A DNA stretch of 64,000 bases from an uncultured Gemmatimonadales bacterium (GTDB lineage: Bacteria; Gemmatimonadota; Gemmatimonadetes; Gemmatimonadales; GWC2-71-9): assembly GCA_963844445.1 (NCBI GenBank), contig CAWJOB010000002.1, forward strand, positions 73,715 to 137,714, read 5' to 3'. This document shows, piece by piece, positions 52,019 through 61,528 of this stretch (its first letter is position 1; the number at the start of each line of letters is the position of its first letter). The notes beneath the pieces were generated by a model. It had not been told where the DNA came from and did no database searches. It saw nothing but the letters and a program-made list of their open reading frames with translations. Both the position numbers and the translations under genes were made by a program.

Positions 52019-53067
52019 CAGCCGCCGCGGGTGTGCATCTCGCGCCGAGGGTCGGCGCGCAGGCTCTCGATCCGATGCAGGATCCCGCGCTCGGCGAGGC
52101 CGGCCCGTTCCTCCGCGCCGCGATCCGCACGCGCGCGCCAGACGGCGGCGATGCTGTCGGAGATCTCCTCGTCGCGTCGCCCCGCCGCGGAGCAAGCTCG
52201 CGCAGATCCAGGCCGTGCTCTCCGTAGAGACAGAGCAGGAAGGTTCCGTCGGCGGTGAGGCGGCCGCGGTCGCAGGTGCGGCAGAACGGCGCGGTGGTCG
52301 AGGCGATGACGCCGAACCGCGTTCCGTCCCGCAGCGCGAATCGCTCGGCCGGCGCCCACTGCCCTTCGCGCAGCGGCTCCGCCGGGCCGTATCGCCGCGC
52401 CACGAGCTCCAGGATCTCGCGCTGCGAGACACGACCTGGTCCATCGACCATCCGGTGGCCCCGCCCACGTCCATGTACTCGATGAAGCGGGGCTCCAGCC
52501 CCCGGGCCGCGGGCGAACTCCAGGAGATCCACCACCTCGTCGTCGTTGTAGCCCGCGGATGACGACGGTGTTGAGCTTGACCGACGAGAACCCGGCCGCC
52601 AGCGCCGCGTCGATGCCCGCGATCACGTCGGCATGGCGCGCGCTGCGGGCGAACTCCTGCATCCGCTCGGGCCGAAGGGTATCGAGGCTCACCGTGACCC
52701 GCCGGAGCCCGGCCGGCCGGAGCGACTCGGCCTGGCGCGCGAGCAGGACGCCGTTGGTGGTGAGCGCGAGATCGGCGATCGCGCCGTGGCGCGACAGCAG
52801 CGCGACCAGCGTCTCCAGGTCGTGGCGCAGCAGCGGCTCACCGCCGGTGAGCCGCATCTTGCCCACGCCCAGCCCGGCGAAGATCCCCGCGAGGCGGTCG
52901 ATCTCCTCGAAGGAGAGGATCGACGCCCGCGGGAGCCAGACGTACTCCGCCTCCGGCATGCAGTAGCGGCACCGAAGGTTGCAGCGGTCGGTGACGGAGA
53001 TGCGGAGATTGCGGAGCGGCCGGCCCAACAGGTCGACAGGGTGTCGGTGCGACCGAGCGATGCTCAT
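52018..53067 (-). CDS. moaA: GTP 3',8-cyclase with at least 4 apparent internal frameshifts
   Basis: LRISVTDRCNLRCRYC, RLTGGEP, LTTNG, VSLD; FCRTCDRGRLTADG in another frame; C-terminal GG. Confidence 0.88.
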   Translation of the reverse strand: MSIARSHRHPVDLLGRPLRNLRISVTDRCNLRCRYCMPEAEYVWLPRASILSFEEIDRLAGIFAGLGVGKMRLTGGEPLLRHDLETLVALLSRHGAIADLALTTNGVLLARQAESLRPAGLRRVTVSLDTLRPERMQEFARSARHADVIAGIDAALAAGFSSVKLNTVVIRGLQRRRGGGSPGVRPRPGGWSPASSSTWTWAGPPDGRWTRSCLAARDPGARGAAIRPGGAAARRAVGAGRAIRAAGRNAVRRHRLDHRAVLPHLRPRPPHRRRNLPALSLRRARPGSARACSAAGRRDEEISDSIAAVWRARADRGAEERAGLAERGILHRIESLRADPRREMHTRGG

Positions 53068-53505
53068 GAGCGAGTCACCTCGTTCGCCGCCCCGCGCGCC
53101 GGCTCGACCCATCCCACGGCTCCGTCCTGGTAGAACTCCTTCTTCCAGATCGGCACCCGACGCTTGACCTCCTCGATCACGTAGCGGCAGGCCGCGAACG
53201 CCTCGTCGCGGTGCGCGCCGGCGGCGGCGACGGCCACCGCGGTGTCCCCGATCTCGAGCGTCCCCCACCCGATGCGCCAGCGCGACCCGGACCGGCCACC
53301 GTTCCTCGGCCTCGGCCACGATCGCGGCGCATTCCGTTTCGGCCATGGGGCCGTATGCCGAGTATTCCAGGCGCACGGACCATCCGGCCCTCGTGGTGAT
53401 CGCGCACCTGGCCGAGGAAGGACGCGATGCCGCCGTGGGTCGGGGATTCGACTGCGAGCGAGGAGCGCGGCGAAGGTCGATCGGGGTCGTCGAGAGAAAC
53501 GCCAT
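53064..53505 (-). pseudogene. moaE: Molybdopterin synthase catalytic subunit, several apparent frameshifts
   Basis: VRDH, LEYSAY.PMA, HRVG, HRDEAFAAC, KRRVPIWKKE spread over three frames. Confidence 0.87.
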
Positions 53506-53509
53506 GGAC

Positions 53510-53777
53510 TCAGCCTCCCGCGAGCGGCGGCAGGAGGGCCACCTCGTCGCCGTCCGCCAGCCGGGTGTCGAGCGTCGCATGAGCCAGATTCACGGCGCAC
53601 AGCGGACGCGGGCGGGATCTGCTCGCCACCGGGAAGCGACCGCACGTGAGCCAGCGCGTCGGCCACGGTCGCAAGCGTCGGCAGGGCAACTGCGTACCGA
53701 TGCCAGGCCCAGCCGGTCGGCATAGCTGGCGAAGAGAAGGACGCGGACGTTGACGACTGTGTGGTGGCGGCGGGCAT
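53510..53777 (-). pseudogene. moaD: Molybdopterin synthase sulfur carrier, several apparent frameshifts
   Basis: VRVLLFA, TVADAL, AVN, GDEVALLPPLAGG spread over three frames. Confidence 0.82.
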
Positions 53778-53783
53778 GACTGG

Positions 53784-53812
53784 AAGCTATCCGCAATCGC
53801 CGGAGGTGGGAA
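53784..53812 (-). promoter_or_regulatory. Probable leaderless promoter of moaD-moaE-moaA-trmL
   Basis: TTCCCA (53812-53807), 17 bp, TAGCTT (53789-53784), 6 nt before the ATG. Confidence 0.55.
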
Positions 53813-53827
53813 CGGCGGGATCCCGAT

Positions 53828-53866
53828 GAAAGAAGGGCCGCCCGGGAGCGCGTCCCGGTGCGGCCC
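53828..53866 (-). terminator. Intrinsic terminator after the HU/IHF gene
   Basis: GC-rich stem (GGGCCGC-CCGGGA / TCCCGG-T-GCGGCCC) followed on the minus strand by TTCTTTC. Confidence 0.6.
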
Positions 53867-53897
53867 AACGGAAGGAAGCCAGTGACGCGCTGCCCCG

Positions 53898-54227
53898 CTA
53901 CATGCCCTGGGCGGTTTCTCCGGCAGGCTCGCTCTCGTCCGCGACCAGCGCCCGTAACTCTTTGCTGGGCTTGAAGACCGGAACGGGTCGCGCGGCCACT
54001 TCGACCGGATCGCCGGTGCGCGGGTTGCGCGCCATTCTCGTCTTACGCCGACGAATCTTGAAGGTCCCGAACCCACGCACCTCGATGTTGTGCTGCTGCT
54101 TGAGCGCCTCTTTCACGGCCTCCAGGAAGGCGTCGACGACACGCGCGCAATCCTTCTTGGAGATCATGGGCCCGGCGGTGCGGGCGATCGAGGCGGTTAC
54201 CTGTTCGACGAGATCGGCCTTGGTCAT
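53898..54227 (-). CDS. HU/IHF family DNA-binding protein
   Basis: MTKADLV, IEVRGFGTF, ARNPRTG, PVFKPSKELR. Confidence 0.95.
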   Translation of the reverse strand: MTKADLVEQVTASIARTAGPMISKKDCARVVDAFLEAVKEALKQQHNIEVRGFGTFKIRRRKTRMARNPRTGDPVEVAARPVPVFKPSKELRALVADESEPAGETAQGM

Positions 54228-54279
54228 GCGTCCCCCAGAAGGGTTACAGACAGCGTAGCTCGGGAGGGCATCCTGGCCG

Positions 54280-54308
54280 ATAGTATGGGCTTAAGTGTTG
54301 TCTGTCAA
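54280..54308 (-). promoter_or_regulatory. Near-consensus sigma70 promoter of the HU/IHF gene, overlapping the carA 3' end
   Basis: TTGACA (54308-54303), 17 bp, TACTAT (54285-54280). Confidence 0.75.
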
Positions 54309-55419
54309 GGGCTTGGCCTTCGAAGCCGCCCCTGGGCGGAGGGAAAGCAGAAACTCTTCGAAGTGCGGGAAGGCGTCGTGCGGCCCCGGGGCGGCCTCGG
54401 GATGGTACTGCACGGCGAACATCGGTAGCTCGCGGTGGCGCACGCCCTCGATGGTTCCGTCGTTGAGATTGAGATGGGTCACCTCGAGACCGGAGGCCCC
54501 CGGAACCCGCTCCGCGTCGCCAACTACCGCGAATCCATGGTTTTGCGTCGTGATGAGGACCTGACCCGTGCGCAGGTCGCGAACCGGATGGTTCCCGCCC
54601 CGGTGCCCATAGGGCAGCTTGGCCGTTTCTCCTCCGAAGGCGAGGCCGATGAGCTGATGTCCCAGGCAGATCCCGAACGTCGGCAAGCCGGAACCGGCCA
54701 ACTCCCGGATGTTGGAGATGGCGTACTCGAACTGCCGCCGGATCTCCCGGGCCGTTGGAGAGGAAGAGCCCATCGGGCTTCAGCTCGCGGACTTGGGCCG
54801 GACTCGTCTCGGCGGGAACCACCGTGACCCGGCAGCCAGCCTGCACCAGGATGCGGACGATGTTGCGCTTCATTCCGTAATCGTACGCGACCACGTGCGG
54901 TCCCGATCCCTCGGTCCGCCGCTCGCGAACCGTGGCGCGCGAGGCCAGGTCGAGCCCGTTCATGGAAGGAGACGCCAGCAGTCGGGCGGTCAATTCCCGG
55001 CTCGGCTCATCGCCTTCCGCGATCACGCCGCGCATGGCGCCGCGCTCGCGGAGGTGCCGCGTGAGCCGGCGAGTGTCCACGCCCTCGATCAGCGGGACCC
55101 GTGCCTCGGCGAGCCAGTCGTCCAGGCTGAGGGTCGCACGCCAATTGGACGGGTGGCGGGACATCTCGCGGACTACCACGCCCGTCACCTGCGGCCGCTC
55201 CGACTCCATGTCCTCCAGATTCACCCCATAGTTGCCGATCATCGGCGCGGTCATCACCACGACCTGCCCGAGGTAACTCGGATCGGTGAACGTCTCCTGA
55301 TACCCGGTGAGATTGGTGGTGAACACCACCTCGCCGAAAGCCGGATCGATGGGACGCGGCGTGGTTCCGGCGAACCAGGAGCCGTCCTCCAGCAAAACGA
55401 AAGCGGGGCGATCGGTCAT
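54291..55419 (-). pseudogene. carA: Carbamoyl-phosphate synthase small subunit with an apparent 1-bp insertion near 54730 (likely a sequencing error)
   Basis: [29 protein letters not shown] in one frame; [32 protein letters not shown] in another. Confidence 0.93.
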
Positions 55420-55444
55420 CCGGTCGCCCCGCATCCTGTCACTC

Positions 55445-55825
55445 TCACTTGCCGGGCTGTTTCTGGGGAGCCGGGGCCCCCGCGGAGGGCGCGGGTCCGG
55501 CCGCGGTATCGGGCGTGCCGCCCAAGGGGAGAGGCGCGCTGGGCGCCGGAGCCCCCGGCGTCGCGGCACGCAAGCGCTCCTGCAGCTCGTTCGAGCCCCC
55601 GCCCCGTGGGACCACGGAGAGCAACAGGGAGAGCGCCAGGAAGATTCCGCCGCACCACCAGGTCAGCTTGGTGAGGATGGTGACCGCCTGCCGGCCGCCG
55701 AGCACGGTGTCGGTGGTGGCACCGCCGAGCGAAGCGAGACCCCCGCCCTGGCCGGCCTGAAGCAGGACGACCGTGGAGAGGATCAGAGCATCGATGATGA
55801 GTAGCGTCAGCAAGAGCGCGAACAT
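55445..55825 (-). CDS. secG: Preprotein translocase subunit SecG
   Basis: Two TM helices around VLLQAGQGGGLASLGG...LTKLT; AGGAG SD. Confidence 0.9.
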   Translation of the reverse strand: MFALLLTLLIIDALILSTVVLLQAGQGGGLASLGGATTDTVLGGRQAVTILTKLTWWCGGIFLALSLLLSVVPRGGGSNELQERLRAATPGAPAPSAPLPLGGTPDTAAGPAPSAGAPAPQKQPGK

Positions 55826-55848
55826 GTAGATCTCCTGGGCAGCCGGGA

Positions 55849-55877
55849 AGTCTAGCGGCCGACGCGGGTTGGGTCAA
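55849..55877 (-). promoter_or_regulatory. sigma70-type promoter of secG-carA
   Basis: TTGACC (55877-55872), 17 bp, TAGACT (55854-55849). Confidence 0.65.
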
Positions 55878-57160
55878 TCGGTCGGACGCCACTTCCCCCC
55901 TACGAAGGTTCCCGCGATCGCGCCGTTCCCGGCGCCGAATACGAGCGCGTCGATCAGATTCGCAGCCGGCACCCCGGAGAGCGACGACACGGTGAGATCC
56001 ACCGCGGCCAGATCGGCCCACTCGCCCGGGGTAATCCTCCCCGCGCCGACGCCGAGCGCGGCGGCGCCGCCGCTCGTGGCGGCGTCCAGCGTGGTGACCG
56101 CGACCTCGCCGCCGGGATCGGTGAGCGCCCCGCGCAGCTCTCCGCGCAGCCGCTGGCCGTATTCCAGCCAACGCATTTCCTCGATGGCGGAGATCCGCGC
56201 GTTCGAATCGGTGCCGAGTGACAGCCGGCCGCCGACCGCGTGAGGGGCGGACAGATCGGGGATTCCGTCGCCCAAATTCGCTTCGGTGAGCGGGCAGACG
56301 CACACCCGGCCTCCGCGGGCCAGGAAGGCGGCCATGTCCGTCGGAGAGGTGTGGGTGCAATGGACGGCGGTGACATTCCCACCGGCAGCGAGCTCGTCGC
56401 AGAGGAGGCGCATCGGGGTCCGGCCGTAGGCGGCCACGGAGTCTTCGATCTCGCGGCGCTGCTCCTCGACGTGCATGTGGAACGGCAGCCCCCGCCGCGC
56501 TGCCTCGGCATGCAGGACCTTGATTTCCGTCAGGCTGACGGCCCGGACGCTATGGGCGACCACACCCAGCGATTGGGTCGCGGGGTCCAGCCGCTGGGCG
56601 AGACGATCCACCTGGCGCCAATACTCTCGCAGGTCGAGCGTAGTGAATCGCCGCTGCCCCGGCTCGGGCACTCTCCCGATGCCCCCGGCCGCGTAATAGG
56701 CGTGGAGCAACACCAGCCGGATGCCGACGTCGGATGCCGCCTCGAGCACGACATCGTCGAAGGCGAAGTCATCATCGTGCTCGTGGTGGAGGTAGTGGAA
56801 CTCTCCGACCGTCGTGATCCCGGCGTCGCGCATCTCGGAGAACGCCTGGCGGCAGACCCGCCGCAAGCTGGAGCGATCGAGCGAGGCGACCAGCGCGTAC
56901 ATCGCCTCCCGCCAGCTCCAGAAGCTTCCCGCGCCGGAGGAAAAGCGCTCCCCCGAGCCGCGGAGTCCACGCTGAAAGGCGTGCGAATGCGCGTTCACGA
57001 AACCCGGTAACAGAGCCACCCGCTCCAGACGATGCGCCGCTGGTGGGCGCGTCTGGCCGACCGATTCGATGCGGCCGTTCGCCCCGACGGTGATGGTCTG
57101 GTCGGGAACGAAGGTGCCGTCGATCCACGTGAGGTCGGCCTGAATCGTCAGCGGGCTCAC
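55874..57160 (-). CDS. hutF: Formimidoylglutamate deiminase (amidohydrolase family)
   Basis: NAHSHAFQRGLRG, SFWSWREAMY, VGEFHYLHH, HSVRAV, HMHVEEQ..E, VHCTH, CPLTEANLGDG, GTDSN, EEMRWLEYGQR. Confidence 0.85.
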   Translation of the reverse strand: MSPLTIQADLTWIDGTFVPDQTITVGANGRIESVGQTRPPAAHRLERVALLPGFVNAHSHAFQRGLRGSGERFSSGAGSFWSWREAMYALVASLDRSSLRRVCRQAFSEMRDAGITTVGEFHYLHHEHDDDFAFDDVVLEAASDVGIRLVLLHAYYAAGGIGRVPEPGQRRFTTLDLREYWRQVDRLAQRLDPATQSLGVVAHSVRAVSLTEIKVLHAEAARRGLPFHMHVEEQRREIEDSVAAYGRTPMRLLCDELAAGGNVTAVHCTHTSPTDMAAFLARGGRVCVCPLTEANLGDGIPDLSAPHAVGGRLSLGTDSNARISAIEEMRWLEYGQRLRGELRGALTDPGGEVAVTTLDAATSGGAAALGVGAGRITPGEWADLAAVDLTVSSLSGVPAANLIDALVFGAGNGAIAGTFVGGKWRPTD

Positions 57161-58317
57161 GGGGCGATACATCTCCGCTCGATGATGTCGTCGAGCAGGG
57201 CTCCGGCCCGTTCGAACTCATCGATCGGCAGCCATTCATTGGGCCGGTGCGCCACCTCGATGGTTCCCGGCCCGAACACGGCGCAGCGGTGTCCGATGGT
57301 TTGGAGCCATCCGGCGTCCGTGGCGAAGGCCACGCTCTCGGTGCCGCGCTGCCCCACCATCCCGCAGAGCTCGTGGATGAGCCCCTCCTTGGCGTCGAGC
57401 ATCATCGCGGGGCTCTCGCCGAGCAAGTTGAGCTCGAACGGCTCGCCGGGAAGCGCGTCGGCTACCGCTCCCCGCACCCGCTCCGTCATGTGCTCGGCTT
57501 CCATGTCCGGCAGGAGGCGGATGCCGATCTGTACCGTGCAGCGGTCGGGGATGACGTTCACCGCGCTGCCGCCACTCACCAGTCCCACATTGAGCGCCGC
57601 GTACGGCACCTCGGGGAAATGCTCGCCATGGGCTGGCCGCTCCGCCTCCATCTCGGCGCGCAGTCGGGCCAGGGCGCCGATCGCTCGTGCGGCCGGCTCG
57701 ATGGCGTTGCGGCCGAGATGGGGGTAGCCGCTGTGCGCCGCTCGGCCGCGGAACGCGAGCTGAAGGCGAATCATTCCCTTGTGGAGCCGGACCACGCGCA
57801 GGGAGGTCGGCTCGCCGACGATGACATCGCGTGGAAGCGGCGGCGAGTCGTCCTTCCGCTCGGCGAATCGTCGGGCGCCTAACGTGCCGGTCTCTTCGTC
57901 GTGGGTGAGGAGCAGGGCCAGCGGGCGCCGCAGGTGGGCCGGATTCACTCGCGCCAATCGGTTGATCGCCAGCGCCAGGAACCCCTTCATGTCGGACGCG
58001 CCGCGGCCGACGTAGGTCTCCCCCGCCCTGGTGAGCGTAAAGGGTGGTGAGCGCCACTCCGGCTCGTCGGCCGGCACCACGTCCATGTGCCCACAGAGGG
58101 TGAGGCCTTCGCCATCCTCCCGGTCAGAGCCCGCCCGGATGACCAGGTTGGCCTTCGCCCCGTCCTGAGACCGCATCTGCTCCACCCGGACCGCGGGGCG
58201 ATCGAGATAGTTGGAGACGTAATCGGCGAAGGGGAGGTTGCTGAGTCGGCTTGTGGTGTCGAAGGCGACGAGGCGCTCGAGCAGATCGGCGTCGGTCAGG
58301 AACGGTGCAGCCGTCAT
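57157..58317 (-). CDS. argE: M20 deacylase, acetylornithine deacetylase (ArgE)-like
   Basis: GHMDVVP, GRGASDMKGF, DEETG, GEPT, HKG, AHS, NVIP, GPG..EVAHRPNE. Confidence 0.82.
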   Translation of the reverse strand: MTAAPFLTDADLLERLVAFDTTSRLSNLPFADYVSNYLDRPAVRVEQMRSQDGAKANLVIRAGSDREDGEGLTLCGHMDVVPADEPEWRSPPFTLTRAGETYVGRGASDMKGFLALAINRLARVNPAHLRRPLALLLTHDEETGTLGARRFAERKDDSPPLPRDVIVGEPTSLRVVRLHKGMIRLQLAFRGRAAHSGYPHLGRNAIEPAARAIGALARLRAEMEAERPAHGEHFPEVPYAALNVGLVSGGSAVNVIPDRCTVQIGIRLLPDMEAEHMTERVRGAVADALPGEPFELNLLGESPAMMLDAKEGLIHELCGMVGQRGTESVAFATDAGWLQTIGHRCAVFGPGTIEVAHRPNEWLPIDEFERAGALLDDIIERRCIAP

Positions 58318-61300
58318 CCGCCGGGCTCCCGGGCGAGGTGCGCCAGCCTGCCGCGCACCTCGCGGACCGCGGGTTGGAGATCCGTATCGGCATTCTTCCA
58401 CAGATCGATGAAGCGGCCGTAGTAGTCGGCCGCCCGGCGCCGGTCACCACGGGATTCGTACAGCTCGCCGAGCCGCTTGAGGCTGGGCGCCAGTGCGTAC
58501 GCTTCGAGGTCCCGAGCGGATTCCATTGTCGGCTTGTCGGTGACCCGCTCGAACGCGGAGATCGCGGAGTCAGGGTGGCCCAGCCGATCATGAATGGTCC
58601 CCATCTCGTACGAGCCGCAGATGCCGCAGCCGCCGGCCTCCACAAACCAAGCTCCATAGGCCTCCAGCGCGTCTTCGTGACGCCCCTCCGCCTCGGCGAT
58701 CGCGCCACGCGCGGCGTGGCGCTTGAGTCGGACACGGCGCGTCCCTTCGGGAACCACCGCCTCGAACTCTCGGTACAGCCGTTTCGCCTCCTCGACCTTG
58801 CCGGCCTCCACGAAAGCCAGAATCAGGTCGAGGTAGGGTCGGTCCAGTGGCTCGAGCGACGCCAGCGGATATCGTGAGAGCGCGGCAGCGAGGCCGGCCG
58901 TCGCGGCCGCGCGGTCGCTCCCGTACCTGGCATCCAGGGTGGCGAGCGAGGCGGCCAGGTCCAGGTACTCAGGGCCCGTGTTCTCCGACTCCAGCTGGGC
59001 GAGCAGTCCCAGGAGCTGACGCCTGGATTCCGCGATCTTCCCCTGAAGCTCGGCGAGGCGGGCAAGCCCCCTCGTGGCGAACCCCCGAACGAAGCGGCTC
59101 TCCCCCTGATGCTCCCGAGCCTGTCGAAGCATCCGCTCGGCGGTGGGCAGGTCTCTCCGCACCTGTGCCAGCAGGGCCTGAAGCCCTTCGGCGTACGGGC
59201 TGCCTGGCGCGCTTGCGCTGTAGCGGTCGGCGGTCTCCTGGGCCTCGATGAGCTGGCCCTGCGACACCTGGGCGCTCATGGTGTTCAGCGAGAACGACGT
59301 GCCCCTGCCCAGGCGCGAGGCCCGACCCGCCAAACTCTCCGCCTCCGCATACCGCCGCTGATCCATCAAGGTGATCGAAAGGTTGTTGAGCGCGACGAGG
59401 TTGTCGGGATTGATACTGAGAACCGTCCGGTAGGCGGCGCTCACCTTAGCTGGATCGTGCTCCACGGAGTAGTAGTAGTAGCCGATCGCGAGATCGCGCT
59501 CCAGAGCGGGAAGGCGGTCGCGGTGACGATACGCCTGGGTGGCGGCCGCGGCCTGCCGGGTCTCCGAGCGCTGGGTGTTTCCCAGGACCACGGCCAGCTT
59601 TCGCCAGGCCATCGCGAAGCCGCTGTCGAGCGCCACGGCCTCCTCGAGGAGGGGAATCGCCTCCTCCACCCGATCGTTCTCCTCCAGCCGAAGGGCGGCG
59701 GTGTACTTCTGGAGCGCTTCGAGCGATCCGGTCGTGACCTGCTCCAGCGCGGAATTGGCGCGAATCGTCGTGAGGGACTCCCCGATGCGCTCCCGCAGTT
59801 TCTTGGAGAGGCGATCGATGGCCGGGAGCAGCGCATCCTGATCGTCGGCCGACTCCCTCACGGCCGTCAGAATCTGACCGTCGGCGGCGCCCAGCAGGGT
59901 TGCGGAAAGCACGTAGCCGCGACCGACGGGATCGATCTGACCGGCGACTACCGCCTTCACTCCCTGCCGCTCGGCGATCTCCCGCGCCAACGGAGCAGTC
60001 AGGGTGACCGCCGTTGGACGCTCCATGCGCCGGAGCGCATCGGCGACCGCTTGGGGGTCGACCAGCCGGAGGGTGGGCGATTGCGACAGGTCCACCCGGA
60101 ACGCCTCGGTAAGCGACGGTCCCAGCGTCGAATCCGGTGACCGATTCTCGAAATCGGCCAGGATCAGCTGCTCGCGCTGCTCCAGCACGCCGGACGCGAC
60201 CAGCGTGCCGACCGGACCGATACCGAGGAGCCGCATCGCGGTGTACCCTGCGGCCAGAAGGCCGAGGCATGCGAAGGCGAGCCCGCCCCCGATCAGAGCA
60301 CGGCGCCAGCTGACCCACGGCGCCAACCCGACCGGGGTGGGCAGCGTCAGGCCACTGGTCCGCGCCTGGGCGCGGCGACGCTCCTGGATGCCCGCCGCCA
60401 GCATGATCGGCAGCCCCAGGAGCAGGAGAACCCCGGCGCCGTACAGGACCCAATCCGGCAACCCCAGGCGGTATACCAACAGGTACACCCCCCCGAGGAC
60501 CAGGACGGAGCCGGCCAGGAACAGCGCCGCGACGCGGCCAGGGTGCCCCTGCCGGATCGCGCCCTCGGTCGCGCTGGAGATCGCCGGCCCGGCGCCCGTG
60601 GGAACGTGGCCGCCGCTCGGCGTCACGGCCGCCTCCAGCTGCGCCGCCAGCTCGGCCGCGCTCTGCCACCGATCGGCGGCGCGCTTCTCGAGGCAGCGCA
60701 TGATGGCCGAGTTGAGCGCCGGCGAGACGGTTCGCCGGTGCTGTAATACCGGCTCCGGCGCCTGCGTGATGTGCGCCGCCAGCATCCCCTGCGGCGTAGC
60801 CGCGACGAACGGAGTCCGTCCGCAGAGCATCTCATAGGCGAGCACGCCGACGGCGTACAGGTCGGCGCGGTGGTCCACGTGCGGGTCGGCGGCGGCCTGT
60901 TCCGGCGCCATATAGGCCGGCGTCCCGAGCGCCACGCCGAGCGAGGTCAAGGAGCTGCCGCTGGATGCGCTGACCGCCTTCGCCACCCCGAAGTCCGTGA
61001 CCACGGCGTGCCCTTCGGACATCAGGACGTTTTCCGGCTTGATGTCACGATGCACCACGCCGTTCCGGTGGGCGTAGGCCAGGGCGTCGGTCACCTCGCG
61101 AAGGATGCGGGCCACCTCGGCCACGGGCAGCTCGCCCTCGCGCGCGAGCTTGGCCCGGAGCGACTCCCCGGCGATGAACGGCATGATGTAATAGAGGAGG
61201 TCGCCGGAGGCGCCGGCGGTGAGGAGCGGGACGATGTGGGGGTGCTGGAGCCGCGCCGCGAGCCGTATCTCCCGCTCGAAGCGCTCGGCGTTCACCCCGG

Positions 61301-61454
61301 CGCCCATCTCCGGCGGCAGCACTTTGATCACCACCTGACGCGAGAGCCGCGTCTCCTCCGCGAGGAAGACGCGGCTCATCCCACCGCCTCCGAGCTCCCT
61401 CAGGACGTGGTACGTGTCGCCGACGGCGGCCTGAATCCGGGACTCGAGACCGAT
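58314..61454 (-). CDS. Hanks-type Ser/Thr protein kinase with three TM helices and C-terminal TPRs; probable ATC start
   Basis: ELGGGGMSRVF, VIK, HRDIKPEN, DFG, GTPAYMAPE; the Gly-rich loop lies upstream of the first ATG (61379), so the true start is further upstream. Confidence 0.88.
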   Translation of the reverse strand: MGLESRIQAAVGDTYHVLRELGGGGMSRVFLAEETRLSRQVVIKVLPPEMGAGVNAERFEREIRLAARLQHPHIVPLLTAGASGDLLYYIMPFIAGESLRAKLAREGELPVAEVARILREVTDALAYAHRNGVVHRDIKPENVLMSEGHAVVTDFGVAKAVSASSGSSLTSLGVALGTPAYMAPEQAAADPHVDHRADLYAVGVLAYEMLCGRTPFVAATPQGMLAAHITQAPEPVLQHRRTVSPALNSAIMRCLEKRAADRWQSAAELAAQLEAAVTPSGGHVPTGAGPAISSATEGAIRQGHPGRVAALFLAGSVLVLGGVYLLVYRLGLPDWVLYGAGVLLLLGLPIMLAAGIQERRRAQARTSGLTLPTPVGLAPWVSWRRALIGGGLAFACLGLLAAGYTAMRLLGIGPVGTLVASGVLEQREQLILADFENRSPDSTLGPSLTEAFRVDLSQSPTLRLVDPQAVADALRRMERPTAVTLTAPLAREIAERQGVKAVVAGQIDPVGRGYVLSATLLGAADGQILTAVRESADDQDALLPAIDRLSKKLRERIGESLTTIRANSALEQVTTGSLEALQKYTAALRLEENDRVEEAIPLLEEAVALDSGFAMAWRKLAVVLGNTQRSETRQAAAATQAYRHRDRLPALERDLAIGYYYYSVEHDPAKVSAAYRTVLSINPDNLVALNNLSITLMDQRRYAEAESLAGRASRLGRGTSFSLNTMSAQVSQGQLIEAQETADRYSASAPGSPYAEGLQALLAQVRRDLPTAERMLRQAREHQGESRFVRGFATRGLARLAELQGKIAESRRQLLGLLAQLESENTGPEYLDLAASLATLDARYGSDRAAATAGLAAALSRYPLASLEPLDRPYLDLILAFVEAGKVEEAKRLYREFEAVVPEGTRRVRLKRHAARGAIAEAEGRHEDALEAYGAWFVEAGGCGICGSYEMGTIHDRLGHPDSAISAFERVTDKPTMESARDLEAYALAPSLKRLGELYESRGDRRRAADYYGRFIDLWKNADTDLQPAVREVRGRLAHLAREPGG

Positions 61455-61481
61455 CCTTCGGCTCCTGTGAGAGGTTGCCTC

Positions 61482-61510
61482 AAGCTACCGGCGAAGCGCA
61501 CGGGAGGCCA
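61482..61510 (-). promoter_or_regulatory. Putative promoter of kinase-argE-hutF
   Basis: TGGCCT (61510-61505), 17 bp, TAGCTT (61487-61482). Confidence 0.5.
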
Positions 61511-61528
61511 GCCAGGTCGAAGCCTCTT

